NCBI GenBank assembly: GCA_964016885.1
Contig: OZ024740.1
Coordinates: forward strand, 84,010,001 to 84,074,000
Length of the DNA: 64,000 nt
Source of the DNA: Eledone cirrhosa
Taxonomy: Eukaryota
Direction: 5' to 3'
Shown here piece after piece: positions 54,834-64,000 of this stretch (position 1 is the first letter of the stretch; each line of letters begins with the position of its first letter). The notes below the pieces were generated by a model that saw only the letters and a list, made by a program, of their open reading frames with translations, was not told where the DNA came from and ran no database searches. The translations under genes and the position numbers were made by a program.

Positions 54834-57800
54834 ATTATTCTCTTCTGCTTGTTTTATTTATGGGAAACAAATTTACGTCAAACGGAATAATCTTGTAATA
54901 ATTAATTAAATTTTCCTGCAGTACAGAGACATTTCCAATCCCGTAAAATCCCAAAGACGAATATTTCAATCTACCTTTCAGTTGTAAAGCTGTAGAACCC
55001 ACAATTATTATAGTTGTTCTGTGTCGGCAAATGGGAATACTAAATGTTCAAACACTTGAATATAATGTATACCACCAGGATGATTGTTTGCACTGTTTTA
55101 ATTTTTGCAGAGTTCTCTATTGTGACTGTTTTGTGGGGAGGGGAGTTGCAGCAATGATTTGGAATTGGGTACAAGACCTGCAATCCTGAAGGAGGAGACA
55201 TCCATTGTATTGACCTATGCACTTACCTCATACTTTACATTATCGACCACTGTTAATATCGAGTGAGGAAAGTTAAATGCGACATATGCGGGATTTGATC
55301 GGAGAAGACAATACGTCCGACGATCTCACGATTCTCCTAATACACTCCTTTATTGTAATAATGAATTATTTGGGAATATACATGTTGTTAGCCATATAAT
55401 CCCTGTATTGCAGTAAACCATCGTGCTTATATTAACAGGAACAGTAATTTCTTTTATATTGGAGCGTTTTTTATCAGAGACTAATAAGCACAGTGAAAGG
55501 CGTGTCAGCATCTATACTATAAGATGTCCAGGTGAATTGTTTAAGACACCTCACTTATTAATGATTTATTTGTAATCGTTATAAAATTCTATTCTTGAAA
55601 TGTTATGACTGAATTTTAAACCTTGTATTACATAATTATTATTTATCGCTATAAACACTTTTCGTATGCTATAATATTATTAGATGCTCGGAAAGACAAG
55701 CAATTTAATGAAATAAATCGAAATTACATTGGAACTGTGTGTTTTTCTTTTTTCTTTATCGCTGTTTGTGAAGGCAGGCAAGAGACATTTATTGAAAGAA
55801 TAATTGAGTCTGCTGGTTTATGAATAGAATTATTGTGGCTTTGAAATATCAAATTCATTCTGACTTTTGACTAATTGAAGAATTGATGCAATTATCGTTT
55901 TAATTAACCACTTTAAATATCTATTTTTATATCGTTTTTCAAATCGAATAAAATTGTTTGTATTCATTTTTTGTCAATTAAATGGACATTAAAATTAAAT
56001 GAAAATATTAGATTTATTTAATATTCCAGACATACTCATCACTTAAAAATGTTGATGACATAAAGTGTTTGACCAAATTACGACACAAGTATAGTTAATT
56101 ATTTTATTTAATATTTCTATATATGTAAACACTATTTACACTTTCTGGAATTAATCGCAAATTATCTCCTCCTTTGTCATGTTTACATCTCGTCTATTCT
56201 TAGTAATTAGCAGTTGACTGTTTGGTAGAATCTAGTATAGTTGTAAATTTTATGATCGAAATAAGAGTTCGCATGTCCTTGAACATGTCAATGAAGCAGT
56301 TGTTAACATTGTCATAACCATTGAACATGCTTGAAATCAAGCTAAGGGGCTTATGTTTGGATGCCATTCGTGTCATACGTTTTGGAGCCAATATTTTGTC
56401 TCAAGCCGCCCCAATTTGATTGGAGTTGATGCATGTTTCGCACACACACATATTAGATAAACTCTAGTACACAAGTTTCAGTTATGAAACATCAATTGTA
56501 TTTCAGACCATCCTTTTCGGAACTATCGGCTCTTAAAATTATTATTCTATCTACGTATTGATTCTTTTCGCATCGATTTACTGAAATGGAAACTTAACGC
56601 TAACCGATTCCAACCCATTAGTGTTGAAGAACCATAAGGAAATTTGAGATCTGTTGTTTTGCACCCGTGACTTAAAAAGAGAACATTTAACCTTGGCAAC
56701 TAGAGAATTATGTTAATAATATTAGTGGAACAGATAGTTTTATAGTTCTATATTCTGAGTTCAAAATGTTCTACGTCTGAGTGTTTCTTCTATCATTGTA
56801 GGCTTCGTAAATTAAAGCATCTCTCAAAATATAACCGCTTATTGTAGCTGTGATCTAATGTTTGAAATCAGTATAACATTTTACTAGTTTTGCTTCAATT
56901 ACACACATACATACTGGCATAGAGATACACACACATACGACTTGGAATTTCCCTATATCCTTTCTCATCCAACCGGATAGAGGATTACCGCTTTCGGATA
57001 CTGACCGGATTTTGGAATGGTTGAAGGTGTTTCATTTCGTTTTCTCTATGATGTTTCACGTTCCACATGGGCATTCCTGTCAAAAACAGATCGTTTCTTT
57101 TTTTTTGGGGGGGGGGGAGCAGAGAATGGCAGATGGAAGTGCGCTATATTATTTTTTCCCATTAAATTATGAGACACCCAATTATCATAGCGATTTTAAA
57201 ATACATTGTGACATTCATATGAAATAAGTGAAGTATTTCTGAGATGTCTTGCATTGTGTTACCTGGATTTTTTTTTTTTTTTAAATTAAATTCTCGATTT
57301 GTTCATAATCAATTACTGCCTTAACGTCCACGGTTTTCGAGGTCAAAGTTTTCGGCTCCAAATTTAGTGAACCACTTGCAAACAGTACTATCAGCAATGG
57401 CACCATCTCTGTAAACAACACATATCTTTTTCGCTGTTTGTGTATTATGTTTCCCTTTCCAAAATTAAAGATCATCAAATGAGGAAAAGACATCCCTCCA
57501 TTTTCAAATTCATCATAAAAACCAGTAGAAGTGAATAATCAGCACAATATCCAGATGGGGAAATGCATTAACATCTCCTCTTTCAGAAAATATATATATC
57601 TCATATACTTCTGTCACGTGATTAAATACAACTAATAGAAAAATGCTACGAATATTTGTTACACCCAAATATATTTATCGGTTTATGAGAAATGATTTCC
57701 ATAAAATTAGGTTCTTCGTCAAATAAACATTCTTCCACTAACAACAAAATGTCACAAACAACGAAATTATATAAAATGTAATTATAGACTAGATATTTTA

Positions 57801-58315
57801 TTATCTATATATTAAAATGACCTTTATGTCAAGACACTTATAAAAATAAAGTGTTTTGTAAGCAGTCTATTGAGTAAAGGGTATGAATTCAAAGAAAAGG
57901 TTAAAGTGTTTTAAAGAACATGGCTTTATTTGAAAATAATCAAAGATTATCATCTACATTAAAGCATTTTATGCAATATTAAAAATAACGAAGGGTTTCA
58001 TAGGTCAATTAAAAACTATTATTTGAAAAATAAACGATTACAGGATTTAGGAAAAAAATTAAATTAGAGAATATTTAATTTTAATTGAAAATTAAATAGT
58101 ATAAACGTGTGTGAAACAAACGATAATTTAAGGTGGAAATAAAAACAGATACAGAGAAATAGAAATATCGTAAAGGCTATGTGTGATTGTGTGCAGAAAT
58201 GAATATGCCATGATGTTATTGAAAATAATTTTCACCTGTTATAAATAAACCACCAATAGTACATTAATAGATGCATGAAGAGGAAAGTGATAAATGGAAA
58301 TATTATTAGATAGGA

Positions 58316-58427
58316 ATCTTCTTCTTCTTCTTCTTCTTCTTCTTCTTCTTCTTCTTCTTCTTCTTCTTCTTCTTCTTCTTCTTCTTCTTCTTCTTCTTCT
58401 TCTTCTTCTTCTTCTTCTTCTTCTTCT
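58316..58427. repeat. (TTC)n microsatellite
   Basis: Directly visible; abuts the RTE fragment. Confidence 0.97.
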
Positions 58428-58437
58428 CTCCAGCAAT

Positions 58438-58960
58438 TCATTTCTGGGACATTCTAACAGGTCCGTATAATTGGAGGTGTAATCTCTCAATTCCGATAGA
58501 TAGCAGCTCTACCGGGGACGACTCATTGATCTCCAAGCTACGAACGCTATTGAGTAATGTTCGTCCAAAGACTCTTCGGAGGAACGCCATTTCAGCTGCT
58601 TGGATTGTTGATCGTATTCTTTCGGTCATTACACAATATTCATGACCACAGGTAAGAGTTAACAAGAATACCGAATTGAAGATAGAAAGTTTGGCTTTTA
58701 TACCTACCTCCTTTCTGATTACCACATTCTAATGCTGACACGTTATTGCCCTATATCCTGTAATTCTTGCACTAAATTCAGCCTCTGGACTGAATTAATT
58801 CCTCATGAACACGACTCCAATATACTTGAACCTCTTCATCTGTTTCAGTGGAATTCTACTCATATCTAGGGGGCACTGCACAGATTTCCTTGAGAAGATA
58901 AGATTTTCAATCTTTGCAGTATCAATTTTTCTACCTACCGTGCAGCACTCTGCAGCTAAC
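58438..58960 (-). pseudogene. RTE-clade LINE RT C-terminal fragment
   Basis: KRFKYIGV and KAKLSIFNSVFLLTLTCGHE..MTERIRSTIQAAEMAFLRRV..IERLHLQLYGPVRM. Confidence 0.8.
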
Positions 58961-59425
58961 ATATCAGGATGTCACGTTTCGACGAGTTAAGTCGTCGCAA
59001 ATTCTATCTGACTGATACTACATTCGTCAACTCGGCTCCGCATGTGAATACCCTCCGTAAAAGTTATTAACTACTATATAGAACGATAATGATATTAGTT
59101 TAAATAATAGAACACCCGTATGACCAAATTCGGGCTTAACCCTATCATTACACAATTTGGAACTCACGTAGACAATGAGCAGTCTGACCAGAACCAGTCT
59201 TTACATCATCTATATGCATAACATATCATAGATAACCCGGAGTGAAATAACAACAGAGAATGCAGAACCAAGAAAATATCAAATGTTGTTCGGGAACAAG
59301 AAAGAAAAGTGTGAACAATAGAGAAAAGTTATAATCAATATATTGACAAATATGTTTTTCTGTCATGTGCTAGCCATGTGTGTTTATTTGTAAATGTGTA
59401 CACACGCACACGCAGGGGCACATAA

Positions 59426-63110
<3,685 letters not shown>

Positions 63111-63585
63111 TTAGTATATCTACCAACATATGTATACAGATGTTACCCATGCTAGCAAATATATATGTTATGTCTTAGTACCTTTGTGGTTCTATGCAGG
63201 GGGATGCAGAACAATTATATGAAAGACGTAAAATAAGAAAATTTTAAAAATTTAAAATTAACTTACTTACTAAAATTTTCATTCCTCACTGATTGATTCT
63301 TTGGAATCTGCCACTGACCAAAGAGGCAGTGAATTTTTTCAGTGCTTTGGCATTTAGTCCCCGCTAGCTTTATTCCATCCACTGAATTATTATTTGTATA
63401 TGAGTTCCTAGTGTGCGCGCATTGCCTGGGAACTTAGCTGAGAATAGACTCCCTGATGACGTAAGGAATTCTCTATAATTATGTTACGTAACTATATTTA
63501 TCCCCTTACAGAAACTAATTAGTTGGAGTGAAAATTTTAGTAAGTTAACTTTTAATTTTTAAAATGTTCTTATTTTACGTCTTTC

Positions 63586-63660
<75 letters not shown>

Positions 63661-63662
63661 TT

Positions 63663-63748
<86 letters not shown>

Positions 63749-64000
63749 AAGAATAAATGGAAGAAATACAGCGATGCAAAAACACAACATATATATACAT
63801 ACATATCTATATATTAATTTTGACAACGTTATTATTCCGTGTGTCTTAATTCTCGATTATCATTGGTTCATATATTTCAAACGACTCCGCCCACCTTAAC
63901 GACGCCAAACTTAAATTAATATGCATAATACCAATGAGGGAGTGAGAGGGGAGAGTAAGAAACAGAGAGGCAAAGTGAACGCTGTAACTATTACCATGTG

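Noticed and set aside
55040-57570. Short ORFs as host exons (55040-55222, 56200-56391, 57281-57493)
   Set aside because: No recognisable domain or consistent splice-site pairs. Small exons cannot be excluded without RNA-seq.
63445-63500. CTGATGA followed by CGTAA/TTACG stem
   Set aside because: GAAA and stem I are missing.

Overview
AT-rich eukaryotic (animal) genomic DNA with no host gene I can support. The SINE types and dense (TA)n/(CA)n microsatellites suggest an octopus/cephalopod genome (inference). The window is mostly decayed transposons: about 10 Penelope-like element (PLE) insertions (RT and GIY-YIG fragments, inverted pseudo-LTRs), two head-to-tail Tx1/L1-like LINEs with complementary deletions, a decayed Rep/PIF1 Helitron, a non-autonomous Helitron, MITEs, tRNA-derived SINEs and an RTE fragment. 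The most interesting signal is RNA-structural. (1) A 316-bp tandem array (18106-19206) carries an extended type I hammerhead ribozyme per unit, with a compensatory U3:A8 core. It looks like a non-LTR retrozyme / circular-RNA-producing element spread by PLE machinery. (2) A second, unrelated 312-bp hammerhead unit is bounded by direct repeats (44548-44951). (3) There are more than a dozen further hammerhead-like motifs. (4) A recurrent covarying bulged hairpin (RCTC-stem-loop-stem-TY-GAGY) lies 4-7 nt past the end of the inverted duplication in several unrelated PLE families. All structures were read by eye; nothing was folded computationally or searched.
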